DNA of 63,821 nt, filler included, from Octopus bimaculoides (GCF_001194135.2; 5 parts of 5 records of this genome joined end to end with filler, not necessarily neighbours in it); one strand, 5' to 3'; counted from the first letter of the whole stretch, positions 13,020-25,215 are shown. A program made the numbers and translations. The notes: generated by a model from the letters alone, not told the origin.

Positions 13020-13810
13020 ACCAAGTAAGGTACAGTCAACCTACCTATAAGTAGGTACCATAATGAGATACTGTTGACCTAGATGTAAGTATGTATCATA
13101 ATGAGGTACTGTCAACCTTACTATAGATACCACAGTGAGGTATTGTNNNNNNNNNNNNNNNNNNNNNNNNNNNNNNNNNNNNNNNNNNNNNNNNNNNNNN
13201 NNNNNNNNNNNNNNNNNNNNNNNNNNNNNNNNNNNNNNNNNNNNNNNNNNNNNNNNNNNNNNNNNNNNNNNNNNNNNNNNNNNNNNNNNNNNNNNNNNNN
13301 NNNNNNNNNNNNNNNNNNNNNNNNNNNNNNNNNNNNNNNNNNNNNNNNNNNNNNNNNNNNNNNNNNNNNNNNNNNNNNNNNNNNNNNNNNNNNNNNNNNN
13401 NNNNNNNNNNNNNNNNNNNNNNNNNNNNNNNNNNNNNNNNNNNNNNNNNNNNNNNNNNNNNNNNNNNNNNNNNNNNNNNNNNNNNNNNNNNNNNNNNNNN
13501 NNNNNNNNNNNNNNNNNNNNNNNNNNNNNNNNNNNNNNNNNNNNNNNNNNNNNNNNNNNNNNNNNNNNNNNNNNNNNNNNNNNNNNNNNNNNNNNNNNGT
13601 AGGTACCACAATGAGGTGCATTACACCTAACTAGGTACCACTGAAGTACAATCAATCTAGTTGTATGTAGGTACTACAGTGAGGTACAGTGGATAAGTAG
13701 GTATCCCAGTAAGGTATGGTCAACCTAACTGTAAGTAGGTACCACAAGTACAGTCAACCTAATTGTAAGGAGGTACTATGAGGCCGTGCAGTCAATCTAG
13801 TTCTGTTTTG
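13020..13810. repeat. Degenerate minisatellite, unit of about 38-40 bp (gtaagtaggtaccacaatgaggtacagtcaacctaact), spanning a gap
   Basis: The unit is recognisable on both sides of the 13147-13598 N gap. Confidence 0.75.
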
Positions 13811-13979
13811 GTATCACAATAAAGTTGGTGTGGTTGTTTAGCACCAGGTCAGCCCTGGTCCAGAAACCTATGATGAGTTGTTCCAGCCATGACCATTCCA
13901 ACTTTTATTCAGACATACTGTGTCTAGGACAACATTATCTCATGCGGTGTTTAGGTGTTGGGTGTCAGTTGGTTACATT

Positions 13980-14148
13980 GACCCCAGTGCTCAACTGGTA
14001 CTTATTTTATTAACCCCCGAAAGGATGAAATGTGAAATTGACCTTATAGGGATTTGAACTCGGAACTTAAAATAGCGGAAAGAAAAGCTGCCGAGCATTT
14101 TGTGTTTGACATGCTAACAATACTGCCAACTTGTCTCCTTAATAATAT

Positions 14149-14199
<51 letters not shown>

Positions 14200-14400
14200 C
14201 CTTTCTACTGGAGGCACAAGGCCAGAAATTTGTGGGGTGGGGACAAGTCGATTACATCGACCCCCCCCCAGTATTTCACTGGTACTTAATTTATTGACTC
14301 CAAAAGGATGAAAAGCAAAGTCGACCCCAACAGAATTTGAACTCAGAACGTAGCTGGGCATTTCGTCCAACGCGCTAACGGTTCTGCTATCTTGCTGCCA
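13980..14400 (-). mobile_element. Two family-B SINE fragments separated by (AAT)n
   Basis: ccagtgctcaactggtacttattt...aaggatgaaa...atttgaactc motifs at about 13980-14135 and 14200-14400. Confidence 0.75.
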
Positions 14401-14482
14401 TAATAATAATGATGATAATAATAATAATAATAATAATGATAATAAACAATAATAATGGTTTAATGGTATTTTAATTCTTCAG

Positions 14483-14580
14483 GTGTGGATAATTCGAATT
14501 GATCTCCATGTTTTGAATCACGATGGCAATTTGATTGATTCTGCGAGTATTGCAGCCATAACGTCTCTTGCACACTTCAG
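14483..14580 (+). CDS. EXOSC9: EXOSC9 coding exon (98 nt)
   Basis: Acceptor ttcttcag|, donor AG|gtacgt. Translates VWIIRIDLHVLNHDGNLIDSASIAAITSLAHF(R). Confidence 0.96.
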
Positions 14581-14625
14581 GTACGTATTTCATGAGCTAT
14601 CCATCAAACAGTGCACACAATTCCA

Positions 14626-14670
<45 letters not shown>

Positions 14671-15016
14671 CATCATCTTTGTTTTAACGTCCACTTTTTC
14701 ATGCCTGCATGGGTCAGACAGAATATCTATGGCTGGATCGCCTTTCTGTGGCTAACCCTCACTTCTTTCCAAGTTAAGTAATATTTCTCCATAACTGGAT
14801 GTGTGTGTTCCATGGAAAATTGAAAATGAACAACATTACTTGTGTTATGATGGTTTACAGTTGTACTGCGCTACCAGGAGAAAGACACATACACATGTAA
14901 CAGGCTTCTTTCAGTTTCCTTCTATCATTCCTGCACCCATATAGATGTGCTGTAGATTATTCAGAGCCTTAGAAATAGCACACTAATGCTTGAGCATCTA
15001 ATAAAATATGTTATTC

Positions 15017-15276
15017 AGGTGTGGCTGTGTGGTAAGAAGCTTGCTTTCGAACCACATGGTTCTGGTTTCAGTCCCAGTGCGTGGCACCTTGGGCAAGTGT
15101 CTTCTGCTAAAGCCTTGGGTGGACCAAAGCCTTGTGAGTGGATTTAGTTGACACAAAAGCGACCAATAGAATAAGTACTAGGCTTACAAAGAATAAGTCT
15201 TGGAGTTGATTTGTTCAACTAAAGGCGGTGCTCCAGCATGGCCGCAGTCAAATGACTGAAGAAAATAAAAGAATAA
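15017..15276 (+). mobile_element. SINE family A, internally deleted
   Basis: Family A head and tail are present but the central (TG)n block is missing. Confidence 0.85.
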
Positions 15277-16101
15277 GTCGGATTAACACAACTTTTAGAA
15301 CAGATTTGTTCTTTTAATATTGATTTTGAAGTGTATCGATAATTTTCTTTATTTGTCCAAGGAAATGNNNNNNNNNNNNNNNNNNNNNNNNNNNNNNNNN
15401 NNNNNNNNNNNNNNNNNNNNNNNNNNNNNNNNNNNNNNNNNNNNNNNNNNNNNNNNNNNNNNNNNNNNNNNNNNNNNNNNNNNNNNNNNNNNNNNNNNNN
15501 NNNNNNNNNNNNNNNNNNNNNNNNNNNNNNNNNNNNNNNNNNNNNNNNNNNNNNNNNNNNNNNNNNNNNNNNNNNNNNNNNNNNNNNNNNNNNNNNNNNN
15601 NNNNNNNNNNNNNNNNNNNNNNNNNNNNNNNNNNNNNNNNNNNNNNNNNNNNNNNNNNNNNNNNNNNNNNNNNNNNNNNNNNNNNNNNNNNNNNNNNNNN
15701 NNNNNNNNNNNNNNNNNNNNNNNNNNNNNNNNNNNNNNNNNNNNNNNNNNNNNNNNNNNNNNNNNNNNNNNNNNNNNNNNNNNNNNNNNNNNNNNNNNNN
15801 NNNNNNNNNNNNNNNNNNNNNNNNNNNNNNNNNNNNNNNNNNNNNNNNNNNNNNNNNNNNNNNNNNNNNNNNNNNNNNNNNNNNNNNCTACTGAGCACTG
15901 CACACATCCTACGCAAAACACTTTCAATACAGTAACCATAAGAGCATCACAGCAAACCACAGCACATACCCAAGGCACACAGAGCTGCGCTCGGTAGTGA
16001 AGTGAAAGCACGTTATAAAAATAAAACTACTGAACAATAATAATAATTACAACATCGAAGAATACCTTAGGAATGAGAACCCAGGTTCGAAATTTCCTCA
16101 A

Positions 16102-16149
16102 GACACATGAAGAAGGCTGGAGGGTATATATCAGCCGAAACGTTGTGTT
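16102..16149 (+). ncRNA. Minimal type I hammerhead ribozyme motif, Penelope-like type, with A at core position 3
   Basis: gacac-ATGAAGA-a-GGCTG(12-nt loop)CAGCC-GAAA-CGT-T-gtgtt. Stem I 16102-16106/16145-16149, stem II 16115-16119/16132-16136, palindromic ACGT in place of stem III. Confidence 0.65.
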
Positions 16150-16949
16150 AACAACAAACAAGATGAGGACAAATATCCGTCGAATGTAAATAATGTAAAT
16201 AACAGGTGATATTCTTGGGTACATTTAAAAGGGCGATAAATCTTTGTACACGTACCCATACCATTTCAGAAAAATGTGTATGTTCTTGAACAAAATGTTG
16301 TTGCTCTTGTGTAAATCCTAGCTGGACCTGATAGAGGAGACCTGTCGTCAGAGGTGTCCAGTTTTGATTGTCACATCTCTTATTGAAACATAGTGTATGA
16401 AGGATTACATTGTATTTTTCCATTTTTTAAATAGTAGATTGTGATTAGAGGGAGGTTTGGCTGCTATTCCTTGCAGGTAAGATAGGGAGTTTGTTCCTTC
16501 TGAAGTTGATATGTTTTTCTATGGAGTTTGTGACTCAGTTATGGGTTCACCCTTTCTATACTAACCCACAGTATTTAAATTAGACTTTCATGACATCATT
16601 TCTGTTGTTGGTGCTATTGTAATTCCACCTGGGGCAACACTCTATAGACTTGCTGATAAGTGAGTTGAGATGTGGGGTTGAGGGTCAAGAGGACTTGTTA
16701 GTGTGGCCCAGGGTGTCACAATAATAGGCATGCATGAAGTGCACTCTGTAAATTGGTTGATGTTTGGAAGGACATCCAATTCTTGAAATCAGGTGAAATA
16801 AAACGAAATGTATGAGTGAGATTTGGTCCTTTTACCTGTCTAGGGTCCCAGTAATGCCCTATTTCAGGCCATCCCAACATGGAACATGAACATTAAATGA
16901 CGATGGCAACAACGATAATGATAATGTTGATATCTTTGTTTCTTTGCAG

Positions 16950-16989
16950 ACGTCCAGATGTTGAAGTGAGTGGGGAAGAAGTCACTGTG
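16950..16989 (+). CDS. EXOSC9: EXOSC9 coding exon (40 nt)
   Basis: Acceptor tctttgcag|, donor GTG|gtaaga. Translates RPDVEVSGEEVTV and completes the FRRPDV motif in frame. Confidence 0.93.
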
Positions 16990-17096
16990 GTAAGATTTGT
17001 TTTTTATATCCATGGATCTGTGGTCAAGAATTTTGCTTCCCAAACACATGGTTTGGGGTTCAGTCCCCACTGCATGGCCCCCGTTGGGTAAGCTTT

Positions 17097-18245
17097 GTGA
17101 GTGAACTATACATGCAGGTTCAAGGTACAGCCATTGGTGTCAGTGTGGCTGGAAATGTAGCTTGTTTCTTCATGAGCTGGTGGGACAGAAAACTTAATCA
17201 ATCCTTAGCTGAACAATCCACAACTGTTTTGCTTTACTGTAGGTATGTAGATGACATTAAGATTCTAGTTAGGATAAACTCTAGTAACTGTAGTGTAGAA
17301 ACTGAGAGGAGCAAAATGGAGAGCATCCAGCACATAGCAAACTCCAGCCACCAAAGTATCAAGGTAATTATAGATTACCCCACTAGGCACCCCAGCAATA
17401 GACTCCCTGTCTTCCACTCCTATTACATGGAATCCATAGCTTCTAAGTATGTTGTTCACAAGAACTCAGCTTTTTCACACAACATGAAAATCAACATACT
17501 GATAGCAGACTTAGTTTGGATTATGAACTATGTGTCCCCCTGTGAGAAACATGTACAGAACTTCATGCACCGCATGTAAAATCTCTCTGGTTATGACCAG
17601 AAAGATAGGGTTTGGGCATACAGGGGAGCTAGCAAAAAGTTAGATTGCATTATATGTAATGAAACCAGTGGTACCTGCTCTAGATACAGAAGTAATGACT
17701 GGAATAGGATACAGAGAGTTTGTGACAAAACAAACAGTGACCATGTGGTACAAGGCTGACAAATATCAAGGAGTGATGTTTGTAGAGGCCACAGCCCATG
17801 GAGAACTAGCTCAAATATTTAGGAAAGTTTTGAAAGAGGTCAACATTAAGATTGTTGAAAAGCCAGGGAGCTCCATCAGATCACAATTATGTAGGACGTA
17901 CCTCTTTGAGACCAAGGATAACTGCATGGTATGTAAGATTAACCCTGGCATTAACTGTAGAACTAAAAGTGTAGTCTACAGCTTAAGGTGCATAGAGGGT
18001 GCTTGTAAAGACAAAAACATGACATACATAGGTGAGACATCTAGAAGCATTACGGAGAGACTAAATGGACTTTTGAGACAATATGATGACAAAAAACAGT
18101 CCTCCATACTCTGCCAACATTGAGGCACACTGGGTCGACTTGACATCTGCATTTTATCCAGGAACCCAAAGAACACAACACTCAGACAAATACAGAAGTA
18201 TATCCTCATAAATGAAACATCTCCAGTACTAAATAGGAGATATGC
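17097..18245 (+). mobile_element. Degenerate Penelope-like retroelement (RT + GIY-YIG endonuclease)
   Basis: RT motifs QVQGTAIGVSVAG and YCRYVDDI; GIY-YIG motif VVYSLRC...TYIGETSRSITERL. Interrupted by stops and frameshifts. Confidence 0.88.
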
Positions 18246-18667
18246 ATAGAAGGTAGTGATATCCCAATACCCACAGTTTATACATATACTTTGAACTATT
18301 GGATGATGTCAAGACAAGGACACACACACATATACACACACACACACAGATGTATACAAAGGGCTTCTTTTAATTTCCATTTTTCACATCTAGGGCTATT
18401 GTAGGAGATGCTTGTTCTAAAACATTAAGCAGTGGGATTGAAACTAAAGCCATGTGGTTGGAAAGTGAACGCCTTAATCACAACAACCATGTCTGCACCT
18501 GCACACGCACACACGTGTGTTTGTATGTATATGTGTGTGTGTGTATATATATATGTATATATATATATATTAAATTCAAATTACGACAAACGTAAACAAA
18601 CAAACGAAGTTTGCTTTTAGAAGCGTTTAGATGTCTTTTAGAAAGTTAAAGAAGTGATTTTAAAATT

Positions 18668-18807
18668 CTCAATCGCAGCATAATGCTAATAATATAGCCT
18701 GAACAGGATAAACTATCCCTATTTTGCAGCCACCTACACTTTTCTCTGCAAAATAGGGGTAGTTTATCCTGTTCAGGCTATGTTATTAGCATTATTCTGC
18801 GATTGAG
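18668..18807. repeat. Inverted repeat: 62-bp arms, 16-nt loop, 3 mismatches
   Basis: 18668-18729 (ctcaatcgcagcataatgctaat...ctattttgcag) is the reverse complement of 18746-18807. Confidence 0.92.
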
Positions 18808-18940
18808 TATATATATATATGTATGTATATATGTATATGTGTATATATATATATGTATATATGTATATATGAATGTTTATATATATATATGTGTATATCT
18901 CTATCAGTATACACAAACACACACACACACGCACACACAC

Positions 18941-18971
<31 letters not shown>

Positions 18972-19036
18972 ATCTCTCTCTCCAGCAGTAGATGATGTAC
19001 ATATTGATGTTGATGTCTTCCTATATGTTTTCCCAG

Positions 19037-19119
19037 TTTCCAGTTGAAGAGAGGGAACCAATTGCCCTCAGCCTCCATCATATGCCCATCTGTGTCTCGT
19101 TTGCTTTCTTTCAAGAAGG
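19037..19119 (+). CDS. EXOSC9: EXOSC9 coding exon (83 nt), last one visible
   Basis: Acceptor ttttcccag|, donor GG|gtaagt. Translates FPVEEREPIALSLHHMPICVSFAFFQE(G). Confidence 0.95.
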
Positions 19120-19281
19120 GTAAGTGATCTACAATACTTCTGCGTGTGTGTGTGTGTGTGTGTTTACATGTCTGTATGAATCTGTGTTTCTGTGCATGTG
19201 TGTATCTGTCTCCGTGTATTTATATGTATGTCTGTTTGAGCATTTGTGTCTATATTTATGTTGTATTAATGCATTACACAT

Positions 19282-19358
<77 letters not shown>

Positions 19359-19362
19359 TAGA

Positions 19363-19462
19363 NNNNNNNNNNNNNNNNNNNNNNNNNNNNNNNNNNNNNN
19401 NNNNNNTTAATTAATTAANNNNNNNNNNNNNNNNNNNNNNNNNNNNNNNNNNNNNNNNNNNN
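19363..19462. other. Artificial 100-bp assembly join 44N-TTAATTAATTAA-44N
   Basis: 12-mer at 19407-19418 centred in Ns. The identical structure occurs three more times. Confidence 0.92.
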
Positions 19463-20940
19463 TATATATATATATATATATATATGCTGGTAGCAGAATT
19501 AGTCAAGCATCAGACAAAACTAAATCCCCCTTAAATCACACCCAACTACCTTTTAAACAATTAATAGACACATGTGATAATCTTAGATATTCCTTAAAAA
19601 GACCAAGATGGTCGTGGCTGGAAAGCTTCTCTTTAATCACAGAGCTGTTAGATCCAGTCTGACTTAGGGATAAACAACAACACTACAACTTCAAACTTCA
19701 TGTTAATCATATTATATAAACTGACTGATTGCCACAATCTTTCCCATTTTCTTTAAAATAAACGGCTTTTGTTGTGCAGATATGGAATTCTACAAACAAT
19801 AAGAAAAACCAAGCAGATATGGGGGGAAGGTCCTGTTGTTTTTGTTTTTCTCTTGTGGAATGGTAGTGATGAATGAGAAAAAAAATGTATCGAGAAAAAC
19901 GACCAAGCAAGCAGAGTGTAATAACAAGGTAAATGTAAAAGATGTCAAACACATTACATGGCTGAATATATATCCCCCATATGTGTAAGCCGCAGATTCA
20001 TCATCAAACTTTCAGTGAATATTGTAAATTAAACAGACAAGAACAACTGCACTGTATATATGGACCATGCATCTTAAAAAGATTTACAACTCCCTCTGTG
20101 CTTTAAAGCATTAAGGATAAAACAACAAAAGCTATCAGAATAAACTAAAAAGGATGAATGAAATAAAACTAAAATAGATTGCTACTGGTACCAGATAGGA
20201 GGCGAAAGAAGAGCAAACATTTCAATATATATGAACTAAAAATCCAATAACTTAATAGAAAATTTGTTTTCAACTGTAAAAAAAAATATACAGATGTGAA
20301 AACAAGAACAAGGTTGGCAGACCAGATTGAAAAGTTTAGTTCACTTAGTGAATTAGTTGCTTCTGTGTAAGAGCAGCACTGGTGGTGGTGGTGGTGGTGG
20401 CGATGGTGACAATGATGATGCAAGTGATGTTATAGAAAACACAAAGAAAAGTCTGAGACGAAAAACATAAAGAGAAAGGAAGTGAACATAAGAGGCACCC
20501 CCACAGCTTTATGCTCAGAAAAAGTGTATAAAATATAGCTTTATGCATAAAAAGAATGTGTAAATCAAGATCTGTACATAAGAGTACAGTTTACAATTTT
20601 GCATGGAAAAAAAGTCCATAAATTTGTAAACAGGAGTGCATAAATTCACAAATAAATTTTTTTTAACCTTTAAGCATTTAAACCAGCCATATCCAGCCCA
20701 AATATATCCTACCTGTTTTATGTTCAAACAGGTCAGATCTAGCCTTTCACACCTACTTTACAATGTCATTCTAAAACTAGACAGTCATATCACTGAAATC
20801 TCAATGCTACAAGATAATGCATGATTCATTCAAAACAATGTGAAACATTACATTTGACAGAGTGATCTAAAACCTAAAAGGTTAAAGGGAAAACATCTAA
20901 ACCCAAAGAGTGAACAAACCTAGATTATTATGGATGGTGC

Positions 20941-21140
20941 ACAGGTGACTGGAGGAGTGGCATGTAAAAAGCACCCAGCACACTCTTTTTAGTGGTTGAT
21001 GTTAGGAAGGGCATCCAGCAGTAGAAACCATGCCACAACAGACAATTGGAGTCTGAACAGCTCCCTGCTAGTCAGCTCCATGTCAAACCATCCAACATAT
21101 GCCAGCATGGAAAGCAAATGTTATACAATGACAATGATAT
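20941..21140 (+). mobile_element. RTE-type 3' UTR fragment
   Basis: gtggcatgtaaaaagcacccagcacact...aacatatgccagcatggaaagc. Confidence 0.7.
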
Positions 21141-22588
21141 TGTACAATTGCCACTATGTACAGTAATACTCTGCAGAAATTGCACATTAATGTCATGATG
21201 TAAAGAGTGTGTGCAAGTCCATATTGTTGAATGGCTTAGTGGTTGGGGTATTCGACTTACAATCATGAGTTTGATTCTCAGCTGCATGTTGTGTCCTTGA
21301 GCAAGACATTTTATTTTACATTGTTCCAGTCCACTCAGCTGCCAAAAATGAGTAGTGCATGTAATTCAAAGAGCCAGCTTTGTCATACTCTGTGTCATGC
21401 TGAATCTCTCTGAGAAATATGTTAAGGGTACATATGTCTTTGGAGTGCTCAACTACTTGCATGTTAATTTCACAAGCAAGCTGTTCTGTTGACAAGATTA
21501 ATTGGAACCTTTTTCATCATAATCGATGGAATGTCAGTAATTGCACAATTCACTACATTGCTGCACAGAGACAGTACAAAATATTGTCACTATTACACAG
21601 TATAGTGCAAAAATATACCAATGAGGGGGTCTTTGTATGGTTTCTTGTTCTGATAGGTAATAATAGCCTAATTCCCTCAAATCACATACTATTGTCCTAA
21701 AAACTGACTACTGAACAATGTATTCTGAGGCATAAAAATAGTTGGAGTGCCTTTGGTCATAGCTTTGCCCAACCAAGACTGACCTGGGGCAAAACAAAAC
21801 CTGCACAGAGAAACCAAACACTCCCTACAATGTCATACAAGATCAGCACTAAGAAACTTTGAAACTAGTGTACAAGAAATACCTTAAATTTATTTGGGAG
21901 TATATCAGTTTTACTTGTGGTCCCAGTCTCTCTGTAAACAAACCACAGAAAATACAGAACATCATGCTTCACATATTGCAGATAAATCACAAAATGAAGG
22001 CTGCAGATGCAAGAAGCATGTTTTGTTACTGCAGCAAGATCCAATTCTCAGCCCTTGTCACTTGTTATACATGTGGTTACCTCTACAGCATGCCAAACCA
22101 TTACTACACTACTATTTCTTCCATTTTGACAAGTATAACAAAATACATCACACAAAAATTGTAACAATAGTACCAAAACATTTTGCTAAAATACACAACA
22201 CCAGGAATAGGTGCAAAAGAGCAGAAACTACAGCATTCCAATAAAGCCCACTTTGCTTGCTTCCACTGTAATCATCGCTAGAACCTACAAGCATGTGGAG
22301 AGGACAGACGAGACACTTACAAAGATAATACCACCAACTCTCTGCTCATGCTAAAGATAGATCACACAATATTCCCTCTCTCACCTCACAATGCTGTGCT
22401 GAGATATACAACACCTTCCACAAAATGCTCTGCAGAGATATCCTACAATTCAGTACAGAAATATCTTACAATATCATCCCTCTTACAATACTCTTCAAAG
22501 AAATCCCAATACCTTCCACTGCACAGAGCTGTGCAGAGATAGTGTGCAACTACCACTATAGTTTAAATACTATAAACAAACTCTGCGC

Positions 22589-22642
<54 letters not shown>

Positions 22643-25137
22643 ACGCACACACAACTGCTGGACAACTGACATAATCTCCAAAGTTGGCAAATATCATTTA
22701 CTAAATACAGTTTAACAAATAACAATGAAATAAGATAAACCAACAAACCTGCCAGTGCCATTTTCTAAATGACATGGACATTAAGAGATCAGGGAATTAG
22801 AGCCCAGCTTAAGTAACAACCTATCAAGTGAAGGACATGAAGTCATATCAGCAATGGAGAAAAATGAGAGTGAACATTGATTTGTTAAAGAACGAAAAGA
22901 CAGAATCTGACAAAATTATAAATTAAATAAGACAATTATCCTCATCCTCTCCATTTTTTTTTTCTCTCATGCTGTCATGGGTTGCATAAATCTGCAGCAT
23001 AACATGTCATCTCCAGTCATCACAGCTCTGCATCATCATCATCAAGCACATTTTCCCCATATTTTCTTTAGTTTACTGCTGCTATCACTGTAATGATGAG
23101 ATAGCTGGATGGATTAGATAAGCAAGTGCTCTACAAACTAACAGGGTAGGAGTTCAAATCGTTTGCTGTAGACATTTTGGCGTGTTCTAGGCAAACTATT
23201 TTATTCCAGATTGCTTCTGTTAATCCAGCTGTCAAGAATAGTTGCCAGATAATATATGGCTGACTGTAATAAACTGGTATCCTACCCGAAGGGAGATTAT
23301 CCTCCAAAAATATTAAGACACTTATATTTACTGTTACCTGCCACATGTATTTTCCATCAACTCATAAATTTCTTCCCCCACACTCTACACTACATGTGTA
23401 TGCCACACATTTATTTATCAGTGTCTTTGATTCTCAGATGTTTCCTCAACTCACTTGTGTTAATCCATTTGTGAGGCTTGAAATTACACCAGGCAATAAC
23501 TAAAAGAGAATATGGACTGAAGATAATATATTACACTCAGTAAAAAAAGCAACATATGAGATGTCTTAGTCAAGCAGTGGGGTTCTCAATGCTACATATT
23601 CAACAACAAAGTCAGTCCTTTCATGATAAGAAAATCAATTTTTTGTTGCTGCATAACAATCTTTTAAATCTCCATACACCATACCAACTGATTAACTATC
23701 TATACCATTAAATCAATTCATTTAAAAGCTTATTAAAAAAAAAAAAACTCCTGGTGATTTTATCTATCATCACCATCATCATCATTTTAACACCCACTGT
23801 TCAACACTTGCATGGGTCAGATGGAATCCATTGAGGAAGATTTTCTACATCCAGATACCCTTACTGTCATCAATCCTCACCAGTTTCCTAGCAAGATAAT
23901 ATTTCCCCCATGGTGAGACATATCTTCATGGAAGATTAGAAATGAAATACACTGCTGGTATGCGAATGATGCATATTTACAACCATTGTGCAAAGTCAAA
24001 ACAAGGAGACACACATACAAACGCATGCACACACAATAAGCTTCCTTCTGTTGCCATTTACCAAATCCATTCAGAAGGTTTTGGTTATCCCAGAACTAGA
24101 GTAGAAGACACTTGCCCCAGACAGGGTGCCAGACAATGGGACTGACCCTGAAACCATATGATAGGTGGGAAATGAACTCCTAACTAGACAGCTATGCCTG
24201 CATTGTGTGGTTAAGAAACTCACTCCCTAACCACATGATTTCAGGTTCAGTCCCACTGCAAGATATCACAGGCAAGTGCCTTCTACTGTAGCCTCAAGCA
24301 GACCAAAAGCCTTGTGAGCATATTTGATAGATGGAAACTGGAAGAAGCTCGCTGTCTGTCTCTCTCTTTGTCTGTCTGTCTGTTTGTCTGTCTCTCCATC
24401 TGTCTGTCAGTCTGTGCATGTGTGTGCGTGTGCATGTGTGTGGGTGCATTTGTGGCTCTTTCTCGTGATATCACACGATAGTTGCAAATGAGCAAACACT
24501 TGTTTCCAGTCTCTCTTGGGGCATGTCCAGACACAGGGGGAAATATTAGCTTGCTTGGGGACAAGTGAGAGCTGCCAACAGGAAGGGTGTCTGAGCATAG
24601 AAAAATCTGTCATACACACGCACACATCATGTACAACTCAAATCCGAAGTCTAGCTTAAGCTACACTTTGGCTGTGACTAACCACCAGCATGACTAATCA
24701 GCAACAAGCATTTACAACAGCTATATTAAAATCACTGACTTTTACATTTTATTCAATGGCTAGACACATATACACCAAAATAGCTGTGACATGAATTTCT
24801 GCAGTAGACCAAAGATCTATCCTAATAAATATTGCTATCATGACCAAAACTTAACATCGTAACAACAATACAAATGGTGACGGGGCTTCAAGTCAGATCC
24901 AACCACTACATCTAACAATCCAATACAGCATGTTTCTAAATCTGAAGCATATATATGCAATTTTTTGATCTGGGATTATTTCTAAACATTTCATTAGAGA
25001 CCTCCATGTTACACAACAACTGAAATAGAACTGGCTGCTATTGTTACTCAGTAGCAACTACCAGCAGCAAGTAGTCTTTAATGAAACTGCTACAACCATA
25101 GCTACCAGGTTCAAATGCATACTTCTATTCTACTTAC

Positions 25138-25148
25138 GTTCTTTTTAG
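25138..25148 (-). other. Candidate 11-nt microexon of an unidentified minus-strand gene
   Basis: Minus strand reads tctcctttcctctttcag|CTAAAAAGAAC|gtaagta: long pyrimidine tract, CAG acceptor and consensus donor. Confidence 0.6.
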
Positions 25149-25215
25149 CTGAAAGAGGAAAGGAGACATTTCATTACTGAGTTATTGGTTTTGAAAAAAG
25201 GATGTTGGAGAAATA

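Noticed and set aside
13020-13810. Regularly spaced repeats resembling a CRISPR array
   Set aside because: Eukaryotic context, degenerate units without unique spacers, and no cas genes.
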